This document shows positions 21,586 to 33,069 of a stretch of 64,000 bases of DNA, in pieces. Numbering within the stretch: position 1 is the stretch's first letter; each line of letters begins with the position of its first letter. The position numbers were made by a program, and so were the translations under genes. A model generated the notes under the pieces. It made no database searches, was not told where the DNA came from, and saw nothing but the letters and a program-made list of their open reading frames with translations. The DNA is from Candidatus Marinacidobacterales bacterium. Lineage in GTDB: Bacteria > Acidobacteriota > Vicinamibacteria > Marinacidobacterales > DATDRI01. The DNA lies in NCBI GenBank assembly GCA_965219415.1, contig OZ244742.1:2004712-2068711 (forward strand), read 5' to 3'.

Positions 21586-21872
21586 AGCCGCTCCGTCCGG
21601 ACCAGATGTTCACGCCGCCACCCACGTTGAGGGTGGCGCTAGAACCGCCTTCCGTGCTGATCGCTCCAACGCCGCCCATGACGAAGGGGACGATGCGACG
21701 GGATTTCGGAATGAAGTGGTAGGACACATCGAGTGACGGGAAGACGGCGGCACCGGCTTGGCCTCCCGCGATACCGAGGCTGGCCACGATACCGAGCCCT
21801 TTGTAAACGAGGTAGTCGAAGCCGCCGCCGAACTCCAGAAGCGTGCCGCCATATGTGACGCGCCCCAAAGGT

Positions 21873-23332
21873 GGGGATGTCCCGGCCGCTGTTGAATTTG
21901 GTCGGGTAGCGGCGGCACCTGTGAATACTCTTAGGCAGCAAACTCATCGCTGTCAAGAGATTTCTGTTTGCTTCTAAGCGCGTGAACGAAAGCGCCCATA
22001 TGGCGATAGCCTTTGATACGCCGGAACTTTTTCTGCGCGGTGACGACGCCAAGAGCGGTCCATCGGCGAACCATGGAAGGACTCTTCCAACGCTTGAGGT
22101 TTCTCGATACTCTGCGAATGGTTCCGTTGAGATTCTCAATGGCGTTCGTCGTGGCAAGAGACTGGCGAAGTAAGGCGGGCAGCGCGAGCTTCACGACCGT
22201 GAGTGTCTCTTCCATCCCTTCACGAAGGCTTCCGGCAGCTTCGTCGTAGCCGTTTCGCTCGAGCCACGACACCAATGCCTGAAGTCGCTTGCGCGCCTTG
22301 TCGGCACTCTTGCACTTGTAGGCTTCCTTCATCGTCTGGAGCACGTAGGCGTGACGAGACTTGGGAAGGTACGAGCGAAGATTCCGGAGTTTATGGATCT
22401 GGCACCTTTGGATGACCGCGAGGTCCCCCAAAACGTCGACGAGTGCCTTGCGGATGCCTTTGCCTCCGTCCACTACGCAGAGAATCGACTCATCGACGCG
22501 CAAGCCCCGCTCGAGAAGGTCCTGCAACATCGCGGTGCACACCCGAGAGTTCTCCGTCGAGCCCAGCCATATACCCAGGGGCACCTTCGTTCCATCTATT
22601 GTGATACCTAGAGTTACGACGACGGTCTGTCCGGCCACCTCAAGGCCATCCAGCATCAGTGCCGCAAGCTCGAACTCCTCTAGCCGCCGAGACAGGTATT
22701 CCTCGAGCTTCTTAGTCGTCTGGCTCACGAGGTGACGGCTGGCGGCACTCTTACTCGTGCCACGAGACTTCAACTTGGCCGCGGGTTTGTTCAGACTCGA
22801 TTCGTAATTTCGGGTCGATACCCCCACCAAGATCTGATTCAACACTCGCTCTGGAAGCGGGTCTTCTTCGCGGAAGGCTTCGAAGTGTGGAAGCGACGCC
22901 TCCTCGCCCGACTTCGAGCGAACTCGAGGTCGCGACACTTGGATGCGACGACCACCGAAGCTCAGCTCTCCGTTCGTGCTCCCCCAGTGGTTATGAGTTC
23001 GCTCCTTCTCGTGCTTGCCCTTGAGCCCCGCGATCTCCTCGGCGTCCTCTCTGAGCAGTAGGTGCAGAGCTGTCAGTCCTTGCTCGTACACCCATTCCGT
23101 CAGTTCCGCCTTCGTGGCCGCGATCCCAGCTATCATCGGTAGCAGTATCTGACCGACTTGGCCAACTACCTTGCCCGTAGGCGAGTGCGTTTGCTTTCTT
23201 ACTGGCTTCTTTGATTTCCTAGGCATTGGTGGCTCCTTGTCCCCCTCTGGAGACGGTTGTTTGGCAGACCTATTCTTAGGCCGGCCAAGGAGCCGCCGCT
23301 ACCCCAAATTCAACATCCGGCGGGACATCCCC
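21873..23332 (-). mobile_element. IS256-family insertion sequence, copy 1 (1460 bp)
   Basis: imperfect IRs GGGGATGTCCCG..TGTTGAATTTGG..GGGTAGCGGCGGC; 8-bp TSD CCAAAGGT at 21865-21872 and 23333-23340. Confidence 0.95.
21931..23226 (-). CDS. IS256 family transposase
   Basis: GVSTR, MLDG, VVDGGKG, QRCQIHKLRN, TTNAIENLN (DDE). Confidence 0.97.
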   Translation of the reverse strand: MPRKSKKPVRKQTHSPTGKVVGQVGQILLPMIAGIAATKAELTEWVYEQGLTALHLLLREDAEEIAGLKGKHEKERTHNHWGSTNGELSFGGRRIQVSRPRVRSKSGEEASLPHFEAFREEDPLPERVLNQILVGVSTRNYESSLNKPAAKLKSRGTSKSAASRHLVSQTTKKLEEYLSRRLEEFELAALMLDGLEVAGQTVVVTLGITIDGTKVPLGIWLGSTENSRVCTAMLQDLLERGLRVDESILCVVDGGKGIRKALVDVLGDLAVIQRCQIHKLRNLRSYLPKSRHAYVLQTMKEAYKCKSADKARKRLQALVSWLERNGYDEAAGSLREGMEETLTVVKLALPALLRQSLATTNAIENLNGTIRRVSRNLKRWKSPSMVRRWTALGVVTAQKKFRRIKGYRHMGAFVHALRSKQKSLDSDEFAA

Positions 23333-23551
23333 CCAAAGGTCCGCCGTACAGATAACCCTGCTGCTTCAAATCTCCCGACGGGGCGCCGTCAGACGCGTCC
23401 GCCGCCTTGGATACAAACCATCGAAAACAGAACTACTAACAGTGTGCCGCGCATTGTCTTGCCCCCCTATCCCTTGGTTGGAGGTTGTCGTTTACGGCCT
23501 TTCAATTGGACGAGCTTGGTGTTGGCCAATCGTAACTTCGATTGGCTGAAT

Positions 23552-23567
23552 AGCAAGCGCTGTGCCA
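23552..23567 (-). promoter_or_regulatory. sigma54 promoter of the beta-barrel gene
   Basis: TGGCACAGCGCTTGCT, full consensus, ~100 nt upstream of ATG 23454. Confidence 0.8.
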
Positions 23568-23789
23568 CCGTTACATTGAAGGAAAACGCGGTATTTCACT
23601 GGCCTTTGGACGTTTGCGGAGCCTCGGACCGCTATCTAAGAAGATAGGGCGTATCCGTTACGTTAGCCGTGACGCGCCAAGAACAACGTACTTCTACGGA
23701 TAGACCCTGCCCCTCGTGATCGAGTAAAAAGGGCCACGTCGGGCCGCAATGGCAACCTCTGGAACGAAAACCCAACGAAGGAGAACCAA

Positions 23790-25238
23790 ATGAGGAAGAG
23801 ACTCTTTGTTAGATTTGTCTTGGTTGCGGTGCTATGCGCCGGGGCGTAGGTTCTGACCGGCCACGCTCAGCAACCCGAGATTCCCGAGCCCCCTGAGATA
23901 GAGGGCTTCGATTTCGAGAAAGATCCCGACATATTCAAGGCCGTCGCCACCGGCGGCGTGCCGATGGGTCGTTGGAAGGAAGGTCTGCTTTTCGACGGCA
24001 TCGAGCCTCTGCCGTGGCTCGCCAGTGCCGCCAACTGGTTTCCCGGCACGGAGGAGGTCCAACCCGAGGAGATCCGCGTGACCTTCATGGGTACCGCGCC
24101 GATGATCCGGCCCGGCCAGATGAACACCTCGGTCTTTGTCGAGCTGGGTAACGGCGACAGCTTCATCTTCGACATCGGCGAGGGCTCGGTCGCCAACTAC
24201 ATCGCCGCCGGCATTCCGCTCAACAAGCTCAACGACATCTTCATCACCCACCTGCATGTCGACCACTACGGATCACTTCCGTACGTCTACGCGTTCGGAG
24301 CCTGGTCCGGGCGATGGCACGAGCCACTGCGCGTGTATGGCGCTTCAGGGCGAGGTCCGGAGGACGGGATCGCCCACATGATCAAGGGCATGAAGATGAT
24401 GATGAAGTGGCACATCGACGCCTTCAGTGTCTTCCCGATCAGCGAAGGCTGGGATATCGAAGTCAACGAGTTCGACTTCCAGGACGACGGTGGCGTCATC
24501 TACGACAAGAACGACGCTAAAGTCACCCATTGGCGACGTTCGCATGCCAAGGACGGCGCCTCCGGCTATCGACTCGACTGGAACGACATGTGCGTCGTCT
24601 GGACCGGCGACGGCCGCCCCTCGGAGCTCGACATCAAGTACGCCAAAGGCTGCGATCTCTATATCACCGAGACCCAGGCGGAGTTGATGTCGATCAGCTC
24701 AGGCGTGGCAGGCGTTCCGCCCTTCGTCGGTCGCTACACGATCGACACACACCATACGCCGACCTATGCGCTGGGCTATTTGTGCGACAAGATTCAACCT
24801 CGACTCTGCATGAGCACGCACATGCAGCATGATCCCTACCAGGACGCCGAGGTCATCGCCGAGGTTCGGGAACACTGGGATGGACCCTACCACCCGGGCG
24901 CTCCCGACATGGTCGTCGTTAATATGACCAAAGACAAGATCTGGGCACGCGACGGCGTCATTGCCGACTATCCCAACAACAAGGCACCTAATGCCGACCT
25001 CGCGATCACCAGGTTCGGTGGCCTCATCGTGCCGAAACCACAGTACTCAAGAAAGGATCTTCAGGAGCAGTTCATCCGCGACGCCCAGATCGATCCGAAG
25101 CTGTACTATCCCGAAGGCTATATGCCTCACCTGATGGAGGAGTGGCCGACCGACAAGGACCTGTACCTTCCAGAGGCACTCGTTCCCGATTCGATGAAGC
25201 CTGAAACGCTGAAGAAGAGGAGGGCGGAGAGTCAGTAG
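23790..25238 (+). CDS. GntH-like / RNase Z (ElaC/AtsA)-type MBL-fold hydrolase with an in-frame TAG in its signal peptide
   Basis: ATG 23790 with AGGAG RBS, MRKRLFVRFVLVAVLCAGA*VLTGHAQ (TAG 23847-23849) in frame with 23958..25238; THLHVDH, SHAKDG, TGD, DTHHT motifs. Confidence 0.85.
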
Positions 25239-25387
25239 CTCTCTCGGAAACACCGCCGTGGACGACGAAGGGGAGCTGGGGCGTTAGGACGCGTCGCGTC
25301 CTAGAGGTCCTCCTGTGTGCAGAAGCACTTTGCGGGTACGCATTAACACCGGCGTTCGGAGACGGTCCGGAAACCGACGGCGGTTAC

Positions 25388-25640
25388 GTGCGAAAGGTCG
25401 CGGAGCGGGACGGCTGGAAATGTACGCCGGGGTGCAGCAATCGAACGGCGTTGACTGCAAACCACATGATGCCGCGTGCTCGGGGTGGTTCCGATGAGAC
25501 TTGGAATCTACACACGGTCTGCGCAGTCTGTCACGCGGCGATCACTGAGGGACGTTTGAGAGTCAAAGGCCGGGCTCCCAACCGGCTGACTTGGGAGGGT
25601 TCATTGGGCGTCATCGAAAAGCCCTTGCCCCTGCCCAGCG
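25388..25640 (+). pseudogene. relic C-terminal HNH domain of a DUF222-type HNH endonuclease
   Basis: ERDGWKCTPGCSNR..NHMMPRARGGSD..NLHTVCAVCH..GRLRVKGRAP; no N-terminal part. Confidence 0.7.
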
Positions 25641-26000
25641 TGCAGAGACGTTCTAAAAGAAAGGCGTCGGGTGTCCAGCCCTCACAGCGATCCGGTGGCG
25701 CCATGATTTCCAGAGACTCGGAGCGTCTTATGGCGTGCCAGCCTTTCCCAACTTTGGATCACGTGATCCAGCGTCCGGCAAGCCCGGCGGCCCGACGCAG
25801 TACAGCACGTTTTCAGCAACACTCGCGACCTCCGGCGTGACAGGCCGGGGAAAGCGTCCAAGCAGTACAAAGGGAGGAAGAAGGAGCCTAAGGAATCAGG
25901 CAGTTAGACTCTCGGGTTCAGGCTCCTTTGGTACCTCTTAGGACAGCTTCACTGCACAATTCCAGCACAGTGGGTCGGAACGCTCCGCTCCGGTGCAACG

Positions 26001-27444
26001 CTACTTGGGCTCTTCCTCCTCTTGCGTGGCGAACACGTTTGGAATCTCGATGTCTTCCGTTAGAGGCCACTCACGGACCAGTTCCTTCGGAGCGGGGAAC
26101 GTGATCGATCCTCCAGAAACCGGTTGCCCCAACTAAGCCCTGCGCGTCAACCAGCCCAACCCGAAGCCGGAACCGAACAGCCAACAGGACGGTCTTTGGG
26201 CCTCGCTCGGCGGGCCAGGCTGCGAGTCCACATCTTCAGCAGACGGTGGCGGAGGCCAGGCAAGTAAGTCGGCCTTGGTTTGCCGGACGACGATCTGATC
26301 CGGCGTGACATTGATCGTTGTCAGGTCTTGCAGCAACAGCACAGGACCATCGTAGGTCGTTCGTCAGCGCTCGAAGGAGTGGGTCGATCAACTCGTCGTC
26401 CAGCGGAAAGTGCATCCCCACTCCCAATCGAGGCTTGGCGATCTCGAACACGCGCCCGAGTTCCGCCGATGTGGTGTGCTCACTCATGACGGCTTGGCCG
26501 TGTTCAATCGGCATGTGGTTCTTTTCAGCGAACTCCTCGCCAGATGGCATGATCTCGTGGATGAATACGTCCGCACCCTTGGCCTGCTCGGCCTCGAAGG
26601 TGCTCGGCTGACTGTCGGCGGTGTAGGCCAGAGAGAGCCCGTTCCACTCCAACCGGTAGCCCATCGCACCGAAGATCACGTGGATCACAGGGAAGGCGTA
26701 GATCTTGACGCCGCCCTCGTCGTACACGAGTTGGCGCGGCTGCTCGGGGCTGAACTGCCGCGCGTCATACTCATGGGGAATGATCTTCGTTCCACCCGTC
26801 GGGAGCACGTGCTGCTTGCTCTGGACGTGCCACTCGGCTGCCTTCCTGACGTTCTCGGTGAATGCCGCAGTGCCGAGGTCCGGCGTGTGCCCCGAGGAAC
26901 CCCACACATGAAGGGGGGTATTGCGAGCCCACCCCATTGCATCGAAAAGAGGAAAAATGCCGCCGACGTGATCCAGATGAAGATGCGTGACGAAAAGCCT
27001 GTCCAGGTCGGCGGGATGCACGCCTAGGGCGAAGAGGTTCCCGACCGTTCCACTCCCAACGTCGAAGATGAAGATGTCACCGTTCCCCAGCTGGACCAGA
27101 AGACAAGATGCCCCCTGGCCAATGCGAAGCGGAGCAGGGCCAAAGGAGCCGCACGCCGTGATTCTCATCTCGTTCTCAGCAAGGCTCTCTTGCCCTGGGA
27201 TGTAGTGCTCCGGGTACTTCTTCAAGGAAGCGCCTTGTGTCTTGGCGATTACCGGTGTCTTCGTGATGGGTTTTCCGGTGAGAGGCAACGGGTAGCCACC
27301 TTCCGTGGTTCCCGGTTCTCTAGGAAAGCGGTAGTCCTCCGGTCCACCGGCGCTCGCCGTGAAGGGCAGGATCAGGGTGAGCGTGAGCCCGAACAGCCAG
27401 TAATCTCGCATCGCTTTGCAAAGGTTCACGGTTAGTCCCTCCAA
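26001..27444 (-). pseudogene. second GntH-like MBL-fold hydrolase with a damaged C-terminus
   Basis: signal peptide, FDVGSG, THLHLDH, YTADS, FIHE; frameshift plus TGA near 26365-26378 (DPLFER*RTTYDGPV); relic ..ELVREWPLTEDIEIP.. ending at 26001. Confidence 0.8.
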
Positions 27445-28074
27445 TTTGATTTTCTTCCCAGACTGCCCCCGTCACGAGCACAGGAGCTAATGTAAATCAG
27501 GTGCCGGAGATTCCACCCCCTGAGCCGGAACAGCGATGATAGCCTTGACCGTCTCCCAGCTTTGGGTTAGCGGCTTTCCCACATTTCCACCCGACTCCCT
27601 CGTCCTCGTCGGTGTCCTCGTCACTGCCGTAGCACGCGGCCAGGTAGCTCCGAAGGTTTGTGACATCCTTCTGGCGGCGTTCCATTCCTAGCCGGGTCAG
27701 CAGGGACTCGACGAGGTGCCGGGCCAGTTCGCCACGCTCTTCATGACTGGAAGAAGTCGCTTCTGCTTACCACGTCCGGTGAGAATGGAGTCCTGAGCCA
27801 TGATCCACTCCGCAAACACCCAGAGCCCGCTCCCACGATGATGCGAGAACAAGAACGACCGGGAATCGTATCATGCTCTAACGACCGCCGTTACCCGGAA
27901 AACTACTGGTTTTGACCGCAAGAACTACGAGTACGCGGCGGTCTTACTTAGGGGTCGATCCAAGCGCCCCAGTGCGGTGGACCACCGGCCTAACGCACCG
28001 GCGTTCCATCCGCCGGAAGCTCGAATCGCTGGCGTCACTGGCGGAGATGTCCATGTCGGACTCTTTTCTCTTGT

Positions 28075-28965
28075 TCAGTCCCGGGGAGGGTCCATACCCA
28101 GCTCGGAGAGCATCCGAAGATTCTCTCGCCAATGCTCTCGCACTTTTACATGGAATCCGAGGTAGACATGGGTGTTGAGGAATTGTTCCAGGTCCGTTCG
28201 GGCGGATGAACCGATCTTCTTCAGCATGCTGCCCTTTTTTCCCACCAGGATGCCCTTCTGCGAGTCGCGTTCGACCAGAATGGACGCCTCGATGCGGATG
28301 AGCTCTTCCCCGTCTTCCCAAGAATCCACTCGTACTGCGGTCGCATAGGGAACCTCCTCTCGTATGAAGAGGAGTATCTTTTCGCGAACAATTTCGGCGG
28401 CGAAGAACCTCTCGGGTAGATCGGTCAGCGTGTCCTCTGGAAAAAGAGGCGGCCCTTCCGGCAAATGCTGCTCGAAGAGCTCCACCAGACGGGGCACGTT
28501 GTCTCCGGTCAGGGCGGAGACGGGAACGATCTCGGCGAATTCGTGAAGCTTCCGATATTCCTCGATGACCGGAAGCACCTCGGTCTTTGGGACCTGATCG
28601 ACTTTGTTGATAACCAAGAACCGGGGAGCCCGGACCTTCTTCATGAGCTCTAGTACACATCGATCGCCGCCGCCGAAAGGCTGGGTGATGTCCACCATCA
28701 GAGCGACAAGATCCACGCGGTTGAGACTCGAGACCGCGCTTGCCACCATCAGTCGGTTCATCTGATGCTGGGGCTTGTGGATCCCGGGGGTATCGAAGAA
28801 CACGATCTGTCCCCGGGAGGTATTGGCGACCGCCAGAATACGATTACGGGTGGTTTGGGGTCTTGGTGTAACGATGGCGACCTTTTGGCCAACGACTCGA
28901 TTGATGAGCGTGGACTTCCCGACGTTGGGGCGGCCGACGACGCTGACGAAACCGCTATGTGTCAA
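28075..28965 (-). CDS. era: GTPase Era
   Basis: GRPNVGKS, QTTR, DTPG, NKVD, KH domain with GKKGSMLKKIG. Confidence 0.98.
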   Translation of the reverse strand: MTHSGFVSVVGRPNVGKSTLINRVVGQKVAIVTPRPQTTRNRILAVANTSRGQIVFFDTPGIHKPQHQMNRLMVASAVSSLNRVDLVALMVDITQPFGGGDRCVLELMKKVRAPRFLVINKVDQVPKTEVLPVIEEYRKLHEFAEIVPVSALTGDNVPRLVELFEQHLPEGPPLFPEDTLTDLPERFFAAEIVREKILLFIREEVPYATAVRVDSWEDGEELIRIEASILVERDSQKGILVGKKGSMLKKIGSSARTDLEQFLNTHVYLGFHVKVREHWRENLRMLSELGMDPPRD

Positions 28966-28974
28966 CGAGAGTTC

Positions 28975-30216
28975 TCACGCGGTCCCCTTCTGACGAAGCC
29001 GGATTCGCACTTTGTTGATTCGTTGACCCTCGGCATCGACGACTTCGATGGTCAGACCCTGATAGTCGATCGCTTCTCCGGATTGCGGCACTCGGCCCAA
29101 AGCGGCAAGCACCAGGCCCGATACCGTATCGAAACCCTTTCCGTTGACGTCGAGATCGAGCTTTTCCTTGAGCACATCGACATCGGCGCGGCCGCTCACC
29201 AGGAAGACCCCGTCGCCCTCGCGTACGAACTCTTCCCCGACCTCGTCGTCGAATTCATCGTGAATCTCGCCCACGATCTCCTCGATGATGTCCTCGACCG
29301 TCAGGAGCCCGGAGGTCCCGCCGTACTCATCTGCCACCATGGCGATGGTAGAACGGCTGCGCTGGAACTCTCGCAGCAAGGCGGAGACTTTCTTTGTCTC
29401 GGGCACGAAATTGACGGGCCTGATGAGTGAATCGATGGAGTCGTCAGTGCTTCGGTCCGCGTACGACAGAACGTCAATCGCATGAACGAGGCCCACGATA
29501 TGGTCGAGGCTCTCTTCGAAAACCGGAACCCGCGAATATTTCTCGTCCATGAACAGCTGGCGAAGCTCGGCGAGATTTGCCTCACGGCGGACTCCCACCA
29601 TTTCCGGACGGGGCGTCATGATCTCACGAACAACCTTGTCGCCTAGATCCACGATCGACTGCACCATGCGGCCCTCGTCCCCTTCGAGGATCCCTTCTTC
29701 CTCCCCGGTCTCGATGAAGGCCTGGACTTCCTCTTCGCTCACACCCTCGTCTTCCGTTTCCTCTTCGTCCTTAACAAACGCCCGGACCAAGTGGGACAGA
29801 GGGCGACTGACGGGCCAGATCAGCGCGTCGTAGATTCGAAACGCGGGAAGCAAGGCCAAAAGGACACGCTCGGGGCTGATCCGGGCGATGAAGTTCGGCA
29901 GAACTTCACGAAAAATCAAGTAAACCGGCAGCATCGTCACGAACGACAAAACGACGGCTTGTGCGGGGCTTCGGTCGATGTAGAACTGAGTGAGCAAGAC
30001 AGTTGCCGCGATGAGGCCGCCCTGGATGCCGATGCGAAGCGGCAGCAAGAGACGCATAGGGTCTTCCAGGCAGCGGTTCAAAAACTCGGTCTTCCAACCT
30101 TCCTCGCTGAATTGTCGGATGGTGATCTTGCTGAAGTAGTGAAAGGCGACATCGATGGTGGACAAGAAAAGCGCTAACACCAGAAGGCACGAAATCCCGA
30201 TCGGCGTTAGGTCCAT
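28975..30216 (-). CDS. hemolysin/CorC family protein (DUF21-CBS-CorC)
   Basis: TM DUF21 region, VREIMTPR, YSRVPV, DEYGGTSGLLTVEDIIEEIVGEIHDE. Confidence 0.93.
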   Translation of the reverse strand: MDLTPIGISCLLVLALFLSTIDVAFHYFSKITIRQFSEEGWKTEFLNRCLEDPMRLLLPLRIGIQGGLIAATVLLTQFYIDRSPAQAVVLSFVTMLPVYLIFREVLPNFIARISPERVLLALLPAFRIYDALIWPVSRPLSHLVRAFVKDEEETEDEGVSEEEVQAFIETGEEEGILEGDEGRMVQSIVDLGDKVVREIMTPRPEMVGVRREANLAELRQLFMDEKYSRVPVFEESLDHIVGLVHAIDVLSYADRSTDDSIDSLIRPVNFVPETKKVSALLREFQRSRSTIAMVADEYGGTSGLLTVEDIIEEIVGEIHDEFDDEVGEEFVREGDGVFLVSGRADVDVLKEKLDLDVNGKGFDTVSGLVLAALGRVPQSGEAIDYQGLTIEVVDAEGQRINKVRIRLRQKGTA

Positions 30217-30231
30217 CGCTCTCTCAGCCTC

Positions 30232-30759
30232 CTAGCGGGTCGCTCGACGGCGTGTAATGTCATATTTCCTTCTCATGCGGTACTCGATGCGCCTCATCTC
30301 TCCATGGTCGGTCTCGTGGTCGTATCCGAGTAGATGAAGTAGTCCGTGCAGTGCCAGAACTCGTAACTCACGAGGTAGTGTCGACCCTCGCCGGCGTGCC
30401 TGCCGACGGGCGGTCTCGACGGAAATCACGATGTCACCGAGGTAATCCGCTTCGTCGGGGAAATCTCCATTGCTAGCGGGAAAGGCTAGAACGTCGGTCG
30501 GTCGGTCGTAGCCACGGAACGTGCGATTGAGATGCCGCATCCGCACATCTCCCACCAGAACGAGGCTCGCGGAGACTCCCTCTGGAGCAACTTCTCCCGC
30601 GACCTCCCGGAAAAACTTGCGGAGCGGACGACTGTCGATCTTTACTCGACGCTGAAGATTCTTGAAGAGCAGTCTGGGCGTCCGGTTCCGTGATGCCGTG
30701 GGGTTGAAGATCTTGAGGGCCCGGGGGGCTCCCGGGTCCGGGTCTTCGCTTGTGCTCAT
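30232..30759 (-). CDS. ybeY: rRNA maturation endoribonuclease YbeY
   Basis: [25 protein letters not shown]. Confidence 0.97.
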   Translation of the reverse strand: MSTSEDPDPGAPRALKIFNPTASRNRTPRLLFKNLQRRVKIDSRPLRKFFREVAGEVAPEGVSASLVLVGDVRMRHLNRTFRGYDRPTDVLAFPASNGDFPDEADYLGDIVISVETARRQARRRGSTLPRELRVLALHGLLHLLGYDHETDHGEMRRIEYRMRRKYDITRRRATR

Positions 30760-33068
30760 CGGCTATCTTGAACCACTATCGGCTCGACTCGCTTTTCGAA
30801 ATCAAAGCCTGGGTAGCTCACCCGATGGTGGTAGATACCCATGAGCACGCGTAGGAAGCTCTGCGAGATCCCTTCCAGGTCACGCAGCGTCAGATCACAT
30901 TCATCGAGCTGCCCGTCGAGGAAGATGTAGTCGATGATCTGACGAATAACGCCTTTGAGACGGGCGGGGCTCGGATCTTCGAGAGTTCTCGATGCCGCCT
31001 CCACCGCGTCAGCGACCATAATGATGCCGGCTTCTTTGGTCTGCGGCTTGGGTCCGGGGTAGCGAAACTCCGCCTCCCTCACTTCACCAAGCGCCGGATC
31101 GTGGCTTTCCTTCGCCTTTTCATAGAAGTACGTGATGAGCTTGGTACCATGATGTTGCGGGATGATATCGACGATCTCGGGCGGAAGACTGATATCCTTC
31201 CCCATCTCAATGCCTTCCTTCACGTGGCTGGCAATAATGAGCGCACTCATCTGGGGGGAGAGTCGATCATGTCGATTGGCTCCTCCGTACTGGTTTTCGA
31301 CGAAATAGTCCACTTTACGAAGCTTGCCGATGTCGTGGTAGAGAGCGGCGGTACGGCAAAAGACGGCGTTTGCGCCAATCGACTCCGCCGCAGCCTCGGC
31401 TAGCGATCCAACCACGACGCTGTGGTGGTAAGTGCCCGGCGCCTCGAGAGCTAGCTGTCGCAACATCGGAATGTTGTTGTTCGAGAGCTCGAGGAGCTTG
31501 ATGTCCGTCGTGCGGTCAAAAAGCGATTCGAGCGCCGGCAGCACGAACGAGACCACGATGGCGACTCCGGCGCCGCTAAGAAGTGCGCAGAGCAGATCGA
31601 AGCCAAAGGTGGCGGCCGGCGCGAAACGTTCGGTGAAAAGATCGATGGCGAGCACAATCACCAAGTTGACGCTGCCGACAAAGGCGCCGGTCTTGATGAG
31701 CGCCGTCCTTTGCTTGTATTGAACCATCCCCAAGATGGCTCCGAGGCAAGATAGAAGACTGAAGACACCGAGCTCCAGGTTCCCGGTCATGAGTCCATGC
31801 GCAACGGAAAAAACTACCGACGCGACCAACGCGGTAGAAGCGTTTTCTAGGAGGGAAACGAGGACGGCTACCGCGGCGAGGGGAACCAGATATTGGTAGG
31901 ACGAGACGTTGTTGAACGGTGGCGTGACGATCCCCTCCCCCACCGTGCTGAATACGAAGAACAACACCCTCGCCAAAGCAAGCTGAAGGGTGATGACCAA
32001 TCCAACCAGCGCAAAGCTCCGCCGCTTCCAGGAAAGAGCAGGTCGGGCGGGCCTCAAGAGCTGCCACAGGCAGTAGAACAAGATTGCCGAAAGGATGAAG
32101 GCCCCGACGACCCCCGCCAATTGCCATCTCTCGCCCGCAGCCTCGGAAAGAACTTCGAGCTGCCGCAACACGCCTTCATCGATCTCATCACCCGCCCGAA
32201 CGATGACCCGTCCTTTCCTAATGTGGAAGAAGACTGGCGCCACTTCCTCTCTGGCCATTCTTCGGAGCTCCTGGGTCTCCGCGAAATTGAAAGTCAGGGT
32301 TGGCTCAAGGAACGGTGCGCCTATTCGCGCAACTTTCTTCCGCAGCGCAGGCTCGAGGTCGGTAAGAAGGGCCGCCCGTTCCTCCAACTGTCGCTGCACA
32401 TCATCAATCGTGAAAATCCGGGCAAAGTCCCGCACCAGAGTTCCGGTATCCGATATCTCGTCCCGGCGCGTGATCGGCCGACCCGCCGCGAGCAGCCGGT
32501 CTTTACTCTCGACGATCTCTCTTTGAAGCATGTTGGCAACGATGTCGCCTAGCGCTTGCTCGATCTCGGAGCTGAACTCATGCTCGAGCAAGAACGCGAA
32601 ATCTGCCTCGGTCAACAGAACTTCGAAGATCGCTCGGACATCGCTCAACAGTGCCGAAAGCACCGCTTCATCGGTGGGCTTTTCCTCTTCGAGCCCCCGA
32701 CCTAACTCGAAGCCGGCTGCAATTTTCGTTCTCGCAGAAAAGGCGGCTCGGTTATTGAAGTCGTAGACTTCGGACACTTCCGCCTCGGCCTCGTCGCGGC
32801 GGGCGACGGTTGTATCCTTGTCTTCGTAGCTGAAATCGTACGGCGCCTTCAGATCGACTGTGGCAATCGCCCCTAGCTCGTAGCGGGGAGGCCGGAAACT
32901 GAGACCAGGAGCGATGAGGAGGGTAAGCAAAATGCTGAACAACAAGCCCCACAGCAAGGGTGAAGAGAAAACGAGTTCCATTAACTCGCGGCGGCGGAAC
33001 CGACCCCTCGGGCGGCGAATCTCTTTCTTGGGACCGTTCTCGCCGTTCTTAGGGTTCAGAGCAGGCAC
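30756..33068 (-). CDS. 7TM-HD phosphohydrolase (PgpH-like)
   Basis: 7TMR-HDED extracellular region, TM helices, [30 protein letters not shown]; GTG 33068 just after the phoH stop. Confidence 0.93.
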   Translation of the reverse strand: MPALNPKNGENGPKKEIRRPRGRFRRRELMELVFSSPLLWGLLFSILLTLLIAPGLSFRPPRYELGAIATVDLKAPYDFSYEDKDTTVARRDEAEAEVSEVYDFNNRAAFSARTKIAAGFELGRGLEEEKPTDEAVLSALLSDVRAIFEVLLTEADFAFLLEHEFSSEIEQALGDIVANMLQREIVESKDRLLAAGRPITRRDEISDTGTLVRDFARIFTIDDVQRQLEERAALLTDLEPALRKKVARIGAPFLEPTLTFNFAETQELRRMAREEVAPVFFHIRKGRVIVRAGDEIDEGVLRQLEVLSEAAGERWQLAGVVGAFILSAILFYCLWQLLRPARPALSWKRRSFALVGLVITLQLALARVLFFVFSTVGEGIVTPPFNNVSSYQYLVPLAAVAVLVSLLENASTALVASVVFSVAHGLMTGNLELGVFSLLSCLGAILGMVQYKQRTALIKTGAFVGSVNLVIVLAIDLFTERFAPAATFGFDLLCALLSGAGVAIVVSFVLPALESLFDRTTDIKLLELSNNNIPMLRQLALEAPGTYHHSVVVGSLAEAAAESIGANAVFCRTAALYHDIGKLRKVDYFVENQYGGANRHDRLSPQMSALIIASHVKEGIEMGKDISLPPEIVDIIPQHHGTKLITYFYEKAKESHDPALGEVREAEFRYPGPKPQTKEAGIIMVADAVEAASRTLEDPSPARLKGVIRQIIDYIFLDGQLDECDLTLRDLEGISQSFLRVLMGIYHHRVSYPGFDFEKRVEPIVVQDSR

Positions 33069-33069
33069 T

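Larger units (their letters stand above)
21587..23454 (-). pseudogene. outer-membrane beta-barrel-like protein split by IS256 and 3'-truncated
   Basis: removing the IS and one TSD restores ..QGYLYGGPLGRVTYGGTLLEFGGGFDYL..VPFVMGGVG..LNVGGGVNIW; signal peptide MRGTLLVVLFSMVCIQ from ATG 23454 with a further frameshift near 23408. Confidence 0.75.

Noticed and set aside
23790-27444. Guanitoxin biosynthetic cluster
   Set aside because: Only GntH-like hydrolases are present; no other pathway enzymes nearby
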